From NCBI RefSeq assembly GCF_002113885.1, contig NW_018408804.1, positions 183,904-247,903 of the forward strand: a stretch of DNA of 64,000 nt, read 5' to 3'. Each line of letters starts with the position of its first letter. Position 1 is the stretch's first letter. Made by a program: the position numbers and the translations under genes. Origin of the DNA: Mizuhopecten yessoensis. Lineage: Eukaryota. Of this stretch, positions 13,736 through 25,799 are shown piece by piece. The notes beneath the pieces were generated by a model that ran no database searches, was not told the origin of the DNA, and worked only from the letters and a program-made list of their open reading frames with translations.

Positions 13736-14772
13736 GTTTTTGCGTCTCTCTGGTTCCTGGTGTCGTCTTTCGTTCGTTTTTGCGTCTCTCTGGTTCCTGT
13801 TGTCGTCTTTCGTTCGTTTTTGCCTATTTCTCTGGTTCCTGTTGTTGTCTTTCGTTCGTTTTTGCGCCTCTTTGGTTCCTGTTGTCGTCTTTCGTTCGTT
13901 TTTGCGTCTCTCTGGTTCCTGTTGTCGTCTTTCGTTCGTTTTTGCGTCTCTCTGGTTCCTGTTGTCGTCTTTCGTTCGTTTTTGCGTCTCTCTGGTTCCT
14001 GTTGTCGTCTTTCGTTCGTTTTTGCGTCTCTCTGGTTCCTGTTGTCGTCTTTCGTTCGTTTTTGCGTCTCTCTGGTTCCTGTTGTCGTCTTTCGTTCGTT
14101 TTTGCGTCTCTCTGGTTCCTGTTGTCGTCTTTCGTTCGTTTTTGCGTCTCTCTGGTTCCTGTTGTCGTCTTTCGTTCGTTTTTGCGTCTCTCTGGTTCCT
14201 GTTGTCGTCTTTCGTTCGTTTTTGCGTCTCTCTGGTTCCTGTTGTCGTCTTTCGTTCGTTTTTGCGTCTCTCTGGTTCCTGTTGTCGTCTTTCGTTCGTT
14301 TTTGCGTCTCTCTGGTTCCTGTTGTCGTCTTTCGTTCGTTTTTGCGTCTCTCTGGTTCCTGTTGTCGTCTTTCGTTCGTTTTTGCGTCTCTCTGGTTCCT
14401 GTTGTCGTCTTTCGTTCGTTTTTGCGTCTCTCTGGTTCCTGTTGTCGTCTTTCGTTCGTTTTTGCGTCTCTCTGGTTCCTGTTGTCGTCTTTCGTTCGTT
14501 TTTGCGTCTCTCTGGTTCCTGTTGTTGTCTTTCGTTCGTTTTTGCGTCTCTCTGATTCCTGTTGTCGTCTTTCGTTCGTTTTTGCCTCTCTCTGGTTCCT
14601 GGTGTCGTCTTTCGTTCGTTTTTGCGTCTCTCTGGTTCCTGTTGTTGTCTTTCGTTCGTTTTTGCGTCTCTCTGGTTCCTGTTGTCGTCTTTCGTTCGTT
14701 TTTGCGTCTATCTGGTTCCTGTTGTCGTCTTTTTTTCGATTTTGCCTCTCTCTGGTTCCTGTTGTCGTCTTC
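13735..14772 (+). repeat. Highly homogeneous 40-bp minisatellite (gttgtcgtctttcgttcgtttttgcgtctctctggttcct), ~26 copies
   Basis: Near-identical tandem units. The unit has no A, so it cannot contain a stop codon, which explains ORFs in all three + frames. Confidence 0.97.
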
Positions 14773-14865
14773 TGTGTCAGTGTCTCCCTTTTTCTAAAGT
14801 TGTCTTTTGTTTTGTGTTTGGTACCGATTTGTTTTTTAAGTCTTCAAAACGTAGATAACATAATG

Positions 14866-15022
14866 TTTTTTGTTTATGTTTTACGTCCTATTAACAGCTG
14901 TGGTCATTTGAGGACGTGCCAGGTTTTGGTGGTGGAGGAAAGCCGGAGTTTCCGGAGAAAAACCACCGACCTACGGCCAGTACCTAGCGACTGCTCCACG
15001 TAGGCCTCGAACCCGCGACCTC
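14866..15022 (-). mobile_element. tRNA-derived SINE with V-domain-like core (5'-truncated copy)
   Basis: The reverse complement has B-box ggttcgagg, then core gcagtcgctaggtactggccgtaggtcggtggtttttctccggaaactccggctttcctccacc. Homologous to copies at 39652 and 53260. Confidence 0.8.
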
Positions 15023-15513
15023 GTGGTTATTGGTAGCAGACTGCAATGTCAAACAATCCTTCGTTTAAATCTATTTGATAAATTGAAATACCATATGGAT
15101 TGTGTTTAATACGGATTTTGATCTAAATTTAAATGAGACATGTTTTATTTTTAGGTCACCTGAGTTATGCTGACATAATGTGTTGATGGCTACCTAACCA
15201 ACTTTACAACAACATGTTCCCTGCAACCGGTTTTTTTCTGTCAAATCCTGGCAGATATATTAGTCAACAACGCTTGAAGAATTTCTCTTTATTTACGGTG
15301 AACAAGGTGACAGACGTCTGCAGTGTAGATTGAACCATCTCCGTTAGAAAACCTTGTTAACACTTATTGGAAAGCCTTCGTTGATCCGGACACTTTTGTT
15401 TACATCTGAACCTGGTAAGTTTGATTGATGATGAGTGGGAACTCATTCGTCCGGAAACTTGAGTGTATTGTGTAGAGAGGGCCCTCCCCAGTCTGGACAC
15501 TTACGCAAATATT

Positions 15514-15615
15514 TCCCAGTCAGAACATCAACTTCGGGAAAATAGTTCCCAGTCAGAACATCAACTTCGGGAAAATAGTTCCCTGTCAGAATATCAACTT
15601 CGGGAAAATAGTTTC
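15514..15615 (+). repeat. 33-bp tandem repeat, 3 copies
   Basis: ttcccagtcagaacatcaacttcgggaaaatag x3. Confidence 0.9.
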
Positions 15616-16986
15616 CGTATTGGTTTTCTGTTTAATCCAGGGGAAATAAACAAAAACGGAAAACACGTGTTTCTAATCTTAACACATAATTTCTTTTTCA
15701 GATGACAATACTTTGAAACAGATTCTTCTTTAAACGACGTAGAACCGGAAATGAAGACGTAATAGATATTTTAACCTTGTTAGTCCATTTATCATAAATC
15801 GATTGGTCGGCACATGCTAACGTGAACATAATTTAACTAAAACTTCTTTGAAATGCAGGTTTGATGTTCCCAGGAGCGCCGCATGTGGCCGAGTGTGTTA
15901 CGTCAGCAGATGAAAATACAGTGCATTGAGCATCATCCCTTTCTTCAGAGGTCGGTCAGAGGTCAAAGGTCACTGGTGGGCAGGAATTAATACAGATCAA
16001 TCTCTAAAGGTTATAGCAGCGGGGTCGCAGAGGTGTTTTTTGCACGACAGGCCACACCCGATACGGCTTATATCACCAGTCGTTTACAGAAACCCCAATT
16101 CATCGCGGACCAAATTCGTATCGATATCACAGTAAGTTTGTAAATTTTTATGTAAAGATACAATTCTTATGAGAAAGGGGTACGGTATCATGAAAATGAT
16201 TATATACAGGTTTTATAAGCTAATTTAATAGCTGTCTACAAGTAAGCTACTTAAGAAAGTTTAAGCTATTAGGAAACTATCTAATATATATTTATATATG
16301 TGAGTTCTCTTTGATATTTTTGAAGCTATTCCGATACCCCAGCAGCGCCTTTTCAGTAGACGATCTTTAATAACGCTTAAAGATTTTATGTGTTTATGTT
16401 TTGTGAATTTCTCGGGGTAATATACAGGTATTTTATATAAAACTGCACAGTTAGTGCTAACCGGCTTGGTTTCGGCTGTATATATGTAAATTGATAACGC
16501 CGTCAGTATTGCCTAAGTATGTTTCCTATGTGTACGAGTTGTGTTTTTCACCGTGATGATACATACGAGATAAATTAAAGGTCAATGTATCGTACTGGAC
16601 TGATCCGTGTAAAATAATATAAGTTAATTCCAATGAAATAGATCAGGATAAATAAATTGGTGACATTTACCGGAACGAGACATCTTACCTACACCTAATC
16701 CCTCGATACAGCTAGCTAGCTATAGGATGTAACACATGTCGGTCACATATATATAAAATGGGTTTTTTATACCATGCTCTGCATTTTCTAGAAAAAGATA
16801 CGAAGCTTACATGGAGGTGACCGGACAATATATAGTTGATGAGTTTCATGCGTTTTATCATGCACTTATATATATTTTTGTATACTTTTCCAGTGGATTC
16901 GGTACCAGAGAGACAGCCGTCTTTGTTCTGAACAGGAGCTAAATGAAACATGTATAGTGTGTTATAACTTCAGTGATGTGGTCCTA

Positions 16987-17371
16987 ATGTCCGTACATCA
17001 AGTGATGTTGACCCAATCCTCAAAACCATGGTTTCCCCCGCCTCAACTTGGCGTTTCCAGGGAAACGTCCGCCGGCAGGTTGTCGTTTATAGTAACGACA
17101 AATACTACGGACTTTACCGAACAGAATACGGAATTCACCGAACACCATTCCTACCTGTTTTATGTGAAGGTGATTCTTATTTTCGTGATAATGGTGTGTA
17201 CTACATTAGGGAATTTACTCAATATCGCAGTGACATTAAAGACTAGGTCACTTAGGACTCCATCCGGGAACTTCATCATTTCCTTGGCAACGGCTGACCT
17301 GATGGTGGGAATTCTTGTGACGTTTTCATTTGTTTCATCTATACAGGACAAATGGGCATTTTCTGACTCAG
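16987..17371 (+). CDS. Class A (rhodopsin-like) orphan GPCR, coding exon 1 (N-terminus, TM1, TM2)
   Basis: ATG at 16987 follows an AG acceptor at 16972-3. NTT sequon; TM1 ...CTTLGNLLNI; TM2 NFIISLATADLMVG; ECL1 WAFSDS; donor G|GTAAGT at 17371/2 (phase 1). The start codon choice is an inference. Confidence 0.9.
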
Positions 17372-17989
17372 GTAAGTTATCGCTTAATTCCGTTAAATCT
17401 ATTGCAGACGTCTGGAAATGTCCTCATCAAAGATGTTATATAGGTCCAAGACTTGCACTGATAAAAAAAATCTTGTTTTCGCTTCTCCGCTTGTTACGTC
17501 CGCTTCCTGTTTCTTATTTCTGTTTTTAATTCGTTCATCGACGATGCAAGTATTAATCTTAATTGTGTTGTATCGCTTTTTACTTAATTTCCTTTTTCAT
17601 ACGGGTATTCCTGTTGTTGTTTTTTTTATCTCAGTTTTAATATTTATTACACGGAAGTAAATTGTGAGATGCGTCGACTTCCTTTTTCGGTCAGAATAAA
17701 TCTAATCGCTGGAAGTATCAGGGGGATTAAACGTGTCACTTACTGTACGAGATTCTTCATTATTTCATTCGTTATGACTCTCAAACATATCTTTAATCGA
17801 ATCTGCATAGCAAACTGCGGACCTCGCTTTCGTAATGAACAGGTGATACAACCACGAATTAACGTAAAAAATAACGATCTCCCAATTACATGTGTCTGTC
17901 TATATCTGTATACAATACGAAGTAAAGCTATTTCTGTTATAATCTGCTTTGAATTACGTGAAGCCTTTTGATATCAACTGGTTTTTTGT

Positions 17990-19615
17990 TACCTTTTAAC
18001 TATTTTGGTATCGTCTGTTTCTGTGTTGCCTACAATCTATTTTGGTAACGTCCGTTTCTGTGTTGCCCATTAACTATTTTGGTAACGTCCGTTTCTGTGT
18101 TGCCCATAAACTATTTTGGTAACGTCTGTTTCAGTGTTGCCCATTAACTATTTTATTAACGTCTGTTTTTGTGTTGCTTATAAACTATTTTGGTGTCGTC
18201 TGTTTCTGTGTTTCCTATAATCTATTTTGGTATCGTTTGTTTCTGTGTTGCCAATTAACTATTTTGGTATCGTCTGTTTCTGTGTTGCCTATAAACTATT
18301 TTATTAACGTCTGTTTCTGTGTTGCCTATAATCTATTTTGGTAACGTCTGTTTCTGTGTTGCCTTTTAACTGTTTTGGTAGTAACTGTTTGTGTGTTACC
18401 TTTTAACTAGTTTGCTATCGGCTGTTTGTGTGCACGTGTTGCCGATTAACTATTTTATTAACGTCTGTTTTTGTGTTGCTTATAAACTATTTTGGTATCG
18501 TCTGTTTCTGTGTTGGCTTTTAACTGTTTTGGTATCGTCTGTTTCTGTTTTGACTATGAACTATTTTGGTAACGTCTGTTTCAGTGTTGCCCATTAACTA
18601 TTTTTGTATCGTCTGTTTCTGAGTTGCCTTTTAACTGTTTTGGTAACGTCTGTTTCTGTATTGCCTTTTAACTGTTTTGGTAGTAACTGTTTGTGTGTTA
18701 CCTTTTAACTAGTTTGCTATCGGCTGTTTGTGTGCACGTGTTGCCCATTAACTATTTTTGTATCGTCTGTTTCTGAGTTGCCTTTTAACTGTTTTGGTAA
18801 CGTCTGTTTCTGTGTTGGCTATAAACTATTTTGGTATCGTTTGTTTCTGTGTTGCCTTATAAACTATTTTGGTATATTATGTTTCTGTGTTGACTATAAA
18901 CTATTTTGGTATCGTCTGTTTCTGTGTTGCCCATTAACTATTTTGGTAACGTCTGTTTCAGTGTTGCCCATTAACTATTTTGGTAACGTCTGTTTCTGTG
19001 TTGCCCATTAACTATTTTGGTATCGTCTGTTTCAGTGTTGCCTATAAACTATTTTGGTATCGTCAGTTTCTGTGTTGCCTATAAACTATTTTGGTGTCGT
19101 CTGTTTCTGTGTTGCCTATAAACTATTTTGCTATCGTCTGTTTCTGTGTTGCCTATAAAATATTTTGGTGTCGTCTGTTTCTGTGTTGCCTATACACAAT
19201 TTTGGTATCGTCAGTTTCTGTGTTGCCTATAAACTATTTTGGTATCGTCTGTTTCTGAGTTGCCTTTTAACTGTTTTGGTAGTAACTGTTTGTGTAGTAC
19301 CTTTTAACTAGTTTGCTATCGGCTGTTTGTGTGCACGTGTTGCCGATTAACTATTTTATTAACGTCTGTTTCTGTGTTGCCTTTTAACTATTTTGCTGTC
19401 GTCTGTTTCTGTGTTGCCTATAAACTATTTTGGTATCGTCAGTTTCTGTGTTGGCTTTTAACTATTTTGGTATCGTCAGTTTCTGTGTTGCCTTTTAACT
19501 ATTTTGGTGTCGTCTGTTTCTGTGTTGCCTATACACAATTTTGCTATCGTCTGTTTCTGTGTTGCCTATAAACTATTTTGGTTTTCGTCTGTTTCTGTGT
19601 TGCCTATAAACTATT
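17990..19615 (+). repeat. 37-bp minisatellite (aactattttggtatcgtctgtttctgtgttgcctata), ~43 copies, inside the GPCR intron
   Basis: Directly visible diverged tandem array, with a recurring variant block (…ctagtttgctatcggctgtttgtgtgcacg…) at ~18410, 18710 and 19310. Confidence 0.95.
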
Positions 19616-19945
19616 GTGTATCATCTAATTCTGGTGCCACGTAAAGCCATATTTCTATGAACTCTTTTGTACTAAAACATAACTTAACTTATTTTTCAAG
19701 CAACTACAATCAATTTCTGTATGAGTAAAGACATATGAATTACGAAGATATTTTGTGTGTGTATATTTTGCTCCGTATTACGTGAAGCTATTTTTAGTGC
19801 TTGGTAAAATTATTCTTGTGTTACATATAGAAATAATAAGTAACTCTGTTTCGGTACCAACTTAAACTGTTTCTGAATTACCTAAATACATTGCTGTATT
19901 AGCCTTCAATTTGACGTATAAAGCTCTATATTATTTCCATTCCAG

Positions 19946-20643
19946 TCTGTAAAGCTGTCGGATTTATATTTTTCTACGCAACGTCTCTATCGATGTGGAA
20001 CCTACTGGTCCTTACCATTGACCGATGGGTTTCGGTCACACGGCCAATGAAGTATGTATCCTGGATGACCAACCGGACTTCCTACAAAATTATCGGCCTT
20101 GTTTGGCTCGGCGTCCTACTTATAGACTTCCCTATGTTATTACCCGGCGTCGGCGATGTTTATTACATAGAGGGCGCCTTTTTATGCAGTCCTAATTGGC
20201 GGGTAAACTTGATTTACACTTTCTTGCTTGTCGCGGTGCATCTTTTACCATCTTTTATTCTAGTGCTAGCATTTAACCTTAGACTCTACTGTATTTCTAG
20301 GAAACATGTCAAGGAAATGGAACTTCTCCAGATACAAAGTCAAACTGCTGTTAAGCCATCTTCCATAAAACCAAAATTGGTGATAACAACGATAGTGATG
20401 GCGTTTGAGATTTCCTGGATGCCGTTTTTAGTTGCCGAGATTATCCGACTTTTCTCGCCGTCTTCTATTAGTGTACCAGTGTCATTTATCGTAAGCTGGG
20501 TTGCGGTTAGCAACAGTCTCATGAATTCTGTTATCTACACATGTTTGAACCGGAAGTTCCGGCATGGCATCGTCACACTGTTCCGGTGCAAGGACATCGG
20601 CACAGCAGAGCTGACGGGATATGTTGATAGTAATTTCGTGTAG
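19946..20643 (+). CDS. Class A orphan GPCR, coding exon 2 (TM3-TM7, C-terminus)
   Basis: Acceptor tttccattccag|. The phase-1 join gives WAFSDSVCKAVGF...LTIDRW, restoring C3.25. TM4 W, ECL2 C, TM5 LLP, TM6 FEISWMP, TM7 SNSLMNSVIY, helix 8 NRKFR. AATAAA signals at ~20698 and ~20803. Confidence 0.93.
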
Positions 20644-21192
20644 ACAGAATGTAAATAGTCAGCATGTCACATGACGGTATCTCGTGACACCGAGATCAAT
20701 AAACTATCAATGTTAGTGAAGCGCTGTGAATGACTAATGTGTAAACGTCGTAACAATGCTATCATCTCCTATATGTGTTTGTTTCTCATGGAACCAAAGT
20801 CCAATAAATCACAAAAATCTATATAAACTGTTCGGGTTGTGTTTCTAAAAACTTCATTACAAATAAGTATAGTCGTGCACAAATTCTTTTTTTTTCATGA
20901 TTCGGGTTCGGGAACACGAAGTGTCACAAAGAGGGAGTTTACTAAATTGTGCCCTAGTTTGATTTTTCAAAGAACTTTGAAGGAAATAAATTTGCTACCA
21001 ATGACACTGTCACTATATATAACCCAACCAGTTTAGGTGACATTCATATAAGCTATGAACACCATGGCCCACTTGTTGACGTTAAGTTATTATGACGTCA
21101 TCATTGTATTTTGATTACTACTTACCTTCCCTCGAATATGGTTGTTCTATTCATGAAACAATCAATTATGCATTATGTATACAATTATTTAA

Positions 21193-21926
21193 AACAAGAA
21201 TTACGCGTAATTATATGTGTCGCCTGTCCCGCTTTGTCAATATAATAAGCATTTGACATAGTACATAAGGAAACGGACCTAAACGCAAAATCATAACATT
21301 GATTTTTTTAAAGTCCAGAAATTTCAGGTTTTTATCTGAAAAAGTGCAGAAATCCATGAAATGTTTTACAGTAGTAGGCTCTACTACCCATGCTACATGT
21401 ATGATTGAGGTTTGGTTGGTGTAGCTCTTATACTTTGTCATAAAGAGCCTAAAATGCGAGAGCTAAACGCAAAACCTTAACGTTGAGTTTTTTTCTAAAT
21501 CCAGAAATTTGAGGTTTTTAGCCAAAAAATACAGAAATCGTTGAAATGCTAGTAAAGAGTGTAATGCATTCAGCTATACATCCCATGATACACCTATGAC
21601 CCAAGTTTGGTTGCTCTAGCACTTATACTTTGTCAGAAACAGCCTAAAATGTAAGAGCTAAACGCAAAACCTTAACGTTGAGTTTTTTTCAAAGTCCAGA
21701 AATTTTGAGGTTTTTACCAAAACAATGCAGAAATCAATGAAATGTTTTTTAGTGCAGTAGGCTCCACTACCTATGCTACATCTATGATCAAGGTTTTGTT
21801 CGTGTAGCTTTGTCAGAAACAGAGCTAAACGCAAAACCTTAACATTGTTGACGCCGCCGCCGCCGCCGCCGTCGGAAAAGCAACGCCTATGTGTCTTTCC
21901 GACTTCCGTCGTAGGCGACCCAAAAA
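21193..21926 (-). mobile_element. Complete HINE/DINE-like element with ~190-bp internal tandem repeats
   Basis: On the minus strand: ttttt-gggtcgcct subTIR, hairpin cgacggaagtcg, (ggc)n microsatellite, 3 internal repeats, 3' subTIR aggcgacac, perfect palindrome aattacgcgtaatt, and a cttgtt end. Confidence 0.85.
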
Positions 21927-22139
21927 TGATGGACTGTCATAAAAACATTGAACTTTCCATGCGATATAAAACAGTAAATAAAATACATGAACAGTTTTCA
22001 GTTGAAATTCCTATTTATGTTACCAGCTTTTCTATCACACGAAGAACAAGGTACGTATATACGGTACTTTCACGTGTATCCTTGGCTGTTACCCTATTAG
22101 TATAGGTTAATGCATTGCAGATTTACCACTTTAATTTCG

Positions 22140-22309
22140 GAGTGTGTTTCATAATAAACATCTTAATGTGGGAGGAAACTGGCCGTACCCGTAATAGAAC
22201 CCCACGTGGTCGGTCAGGTGACCATATACCTTTTCACGTCCGATCGGGGAAACGAACCCCGGCCGCCTTGGTGAAAGGCAAGTGCGCTATTCACAGCGCC
22301 ACCCGACCG
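22140..22309 (-). mobile_element. tRNA-derived V-domain SINE (second family)
   Basis: The reverse complement has a tRNA-like head (ggtggcgctgtg...ggttcgtttccc), then gtggggttctattacgggtacggccagtttcctcccac, resembling the V-SINE core GTGGGTTTTCTCCGGGTACTCCGGTTTCCTCCCAC. Confidence 0.75.
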
Positions 22310-22769
22310 TATATAGTAAGTTCTTTATGTTATAGAGAAATTGGTGAATCAACATGTATTAGTTTATTTTCGGCAATCTTACATTCTCTGTAACACTCGT
22401 GTTCCTTAACATGTCGGCAGGCATTTATTTTCTCACAATTCCTACACGTGTACTCAATAGAGAAGTTATTCATTGTCTGACGTGTCGATTTTTGTTGTCT
22501 ATGGTTGCAAAATATTATTTGCTACTCTTGATGCAAAGAATGAGCAGGGTTAAATTTCTCTCTCTCTCTCTCTCTCTAAAGCGGTAAAATATCTGACAGT
22601 TAGAGAGCTTGAGTAAACTGAATAAAGAGGAGGATTCTGTAAGACGGAGGTTTTAGAATCGATGGCGATCATGCTCAGATGATCCATTATTTATATAATC
22701 ATGCAATTTACTTATGGAAACAAGGGTACTTCACCGAAATACAATTTTCGCATTTGTCCATATGATGAC

Positions 22770-23068
22770 TTAATGTTCGACCCTCAGCTTAGTCTGTAGC
22801 TGATGGAGCAGTGGAGCCGAGACCAATCAACAAATGATAAGATATCTTGGTCCGATGATAGACAAAATATTGCAACACAAAGAAAGCATTTAAATGGACA
22901 CGTCGGTAAAATAAAGCGAAGTCGACCAAAGATAACTTTTGAACGGACATTATCAGACAAACTTGAGGAATCGAACCCACACCGCACTTGACAGTACGAA
23001 AGGAGCACGATTGTCGCGGTCTCATGTCCGATGATGTACGCAAGGTAATAATAATAATAATAATAATA
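22770..23068 (+). mobile_element. 3' end of an RTE-type LINE with (TAA)n tail
   Basis: GKIKRSRPKITFERT resembles the RTE C-terminal GKRKRGRPKxTW motif and is followed by (taa)7. Confidence 0.6.
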
Positions 23069-23147
23069 CCAATGCAAAATCAAAGTGAATTGGGAGGCGA
23101 GCTAAGTGAACTTTTTATTGTACATATCCCGTCAACATACGGGGCTG

Positions 23148-23897
23148 TAGCCCGAGTTTCCTCTGGTCCTGACACCAGACTTCGACATTTTGACATAGAT
23201 ATCTGGTGTTGGACATCTATCTGTCAAAATATCTAATTCTGGTGTCAGGGCCAGAGGAAACACGGACTATTAAGTCTGATGTCAGGCCAGAGGAAACTCG
23301 GGCTACTAAGTCTGGTGTCAGGGCCAGAGGAAACACGGGCTACTAAGTCTGGGGTCGGGGCCAGAGGAAACACGGGCTACTAAGTCTGGGGTCGGGGCCA
23401 GAGGAAACACGGGCTACTAAGTCTGGTGTAAGGGCCAGAGGAAACTCGGGCTACTAAGTCCGGTGTCAGGGCCAGAGGAAACTCGGGCTGCTAAGTCTGG
23501 TGTCGGGGCCAGAGGAAACACGGGCTACTAAGTCTGGGGTCGGGGCCAGAGGAAACACGGGCTACTAAGTCTGGTGTCAGGGCCAGAGGAAACACGGGCT
23601 ACTAAGTCTGGTGTAAGGGCCAGAGGAAACTCGGGCTACTAAGTCTGGTGTCGGGGCCAGAGGAAACACGGGCTACTAAGTCTGGTGTCAGGGCCAGAGG
23701 ACACTCGGGCTACTAAGTCTGGTGTCAGGGCCGGAGGAAACTCGGGCTACTAAGTCTGATGTCAGGGCCAGAGGAAACTCGGGCTACTAAGTCTGATGTC
23801 AGGGCCAGAGAAAACTCGGGCTACTAAGTTTGGTGGCAGGGCCAGATGAAACTCGGGCTACTAAGTCTGGTGGCAGGGCCAGAGGAAACTCGGGCTT
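23148..23897. mobile_element. Hairpin MITE whose right TIR is amplified into a 37-bp tandem array (~18 copies)
   Basis: The left arm tagcccgagtttcctctggtcctgacaccagactt is the reverse complement of the array unit aagtctggtgtcagggccagaggaaactcgggcta(ct). Flanks acggggctg (23139-47) and acagggctg (23898-906) form a 9-bp TSD with 1 mismatch. Confidence 0.85.
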
Positions 23898-25006
23898 ACA
23901 GGGCTGAAAAATATCAATAAAACAAGAAACGTGACACGATCAGAGATCTGTTCAAACTTATCAACGAACTTTCTCAAATACAAACTTATTAGAAAGATTG
24001 TCTTTGATCTTGTCAACATAGGGGCTCGCCTCCTGGAAGAAAAATAAAAGATGATTTCGTTCAACACTTTATATCAGCCATAAATAAAACTGACACAGAT
24101 TCTAGTTGTCGTAAAAGTCTATTGTATATATAAAAGTACCAGACTTTAAAACATACTTTTCGTAATATTCGACCCGAGGGTTAAATCCTCGTTATACTGT
24201 CACTATTACAGCCACCCAAAATAATGGCGTTATAACGGTGGTTTGGCGATACATCGAGAATGACGTATAAAGGAATTTAAATGGGATCTTGAAATATGTT
24301 TGCGGGGCATTATATCGAAACTTTATTATATTTTGCGAGTTGTCTCCTATTTCTAGATAGCATGCCCCAGTTCTACGCTGTAGCCGTGACTAGTCTATAA
24401 CAAGGAGTAAATCACCGGTTGCTCGTTATTTATTCCGTTTCGTTTTTAATTTCATTCCGTTTTCTCCCTTTAGATCAACATGCAATGGCCAGAATAATTC
24501 AGATTGCTCCGCACGACTAACTCCCGCCGATAGCGTCCCCTGTGGAGATGGCGTGTTGCGTCCCTAAACACGGAAAAGTCAATATGATATCAGGAGTTTT
24601 GTGTTCGGCGTGGCGAACTATAAACACGAGATATTTCTGTATCAATAACAATGTGTGGGATTTATAAATATTGGAAAACATTGGCAGTTTCCGCTTTAGG
24701 CCAAACGAAAATAAAGTTGTGTTGTAGGTAAGACCAACAAGGAACTTGTTTCTATGATCCTAGCTTTCCATTGGCCTCCGCGTATACCAACATGGGCCAA
24801 ATTGGATTCAATCTTATTGAAATCATATTATTCTCCCTTTCCCCACAGCACGAAGGATATACTATCAGACGTTTGTGTCTAGTTAGATGCAGTAGAATGA
24901 CGTTTTATTTCGTTTCTGTCAAGTTTTTATTGTCATGGTCCCCATCAGAACCAGCTGTCCCGTCACTGTGGTCTGTATAACGACAGTGTGATGCGATCGG
25001 GAGCTA

Positions 25007-25360
25007 GGACACAGGGAGGGACTGGGAGGACTTGACGTATACGTATGATAACCGATTTGACACAGGGAGGGACTGGGAGGACGTGACGTATACGTATGAT
25101 AACCCAGGGAGGGAGTGGGCGGACGTGACGTATACATATGATAACCGGTTTGACACAGGGAGGGACTGGGAGGACGTGACGTATACGTATGATAACCGGT
25201 TTGACACAGGGAGGGACTGGGCGGACGTGACGTATACATATGATAACTGGTTTGACACAGGGACGGACTGGGAGGACGTGACGTATACGTATGATAACCG
25301 GTTTGACACCGGGAGGGACTGGGCGGACGTGACGTATACGTATGATAACCGGTTTAACGT
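25007..25360 (+). repeat. 51-bp minisatellite, ~7 copies
   Basis: gacacagggagggactgggaggacgtgacgtatacgtatgataaccggttt repeated. Confidence 0.95.
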
Positions 25361-25799
25361 ATAACACATCGTCACCAATTTGTCGTTAATAAGAAAATGT
25401 CTAGTTCACAGAGTACGCCACTTCGATTAAAACGTCTCCATGTTGTTTGGAAGGGCAGTCGAATTGGGGGGAAAAAGCCGTCGGAAAGACAATACAAAAA
25501 AGGTTTATTGGTAAAATTCCCACGTACACAGTGAGATATAAAAGCGTTTGTACCGGCATACTGTGTTTCACAGCGTTTTTTTAACATATCAATCAAAATC
25601 CCTAGGTCCCAGATATCACAGATATTGGCCCCTTTGACCAGGGTAGTGGACGCGTATTAAGTTTTGGTAAGTCTGTAAGAGTTGTGTCCCTTCTACTGAA
25701 GCGCAATCTATGTAACATGCTCTATAACAAGCAGCACAATATACTTTGTCGTCTATTTATATATAATTTATTTATATTTTCTTCAATTACACGTGATTT

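Noticed and set aside
13631-15003. 388/450/295-aa hydrophobic ORFs
   Set aside because: They are three-frame read-throughs of an A-free 40-bp tandem repeat, which cannot contain stop codons.
17372-17529. C-terminal part of ORF 16957..17529
   Set aside because: It is intron read-through past the GTAAGT donor; the GPCR fold continues at 19946.
23235-23897. CRISPR-like appearance of the 37-bp repeats (also 17990-19615 and 58831-60036)
   Set aside because: The units are head-to-tail with no unique spacers, there are no cas genes, and the context is eukaryotic.
24919-25378. Overlapping ORFs such as (DTGRDWEDVTYTYDNRF)n
   Set aside because: They come from a 51-bp tandem repeat open in several frames on both strands, with no supporting gene structure.
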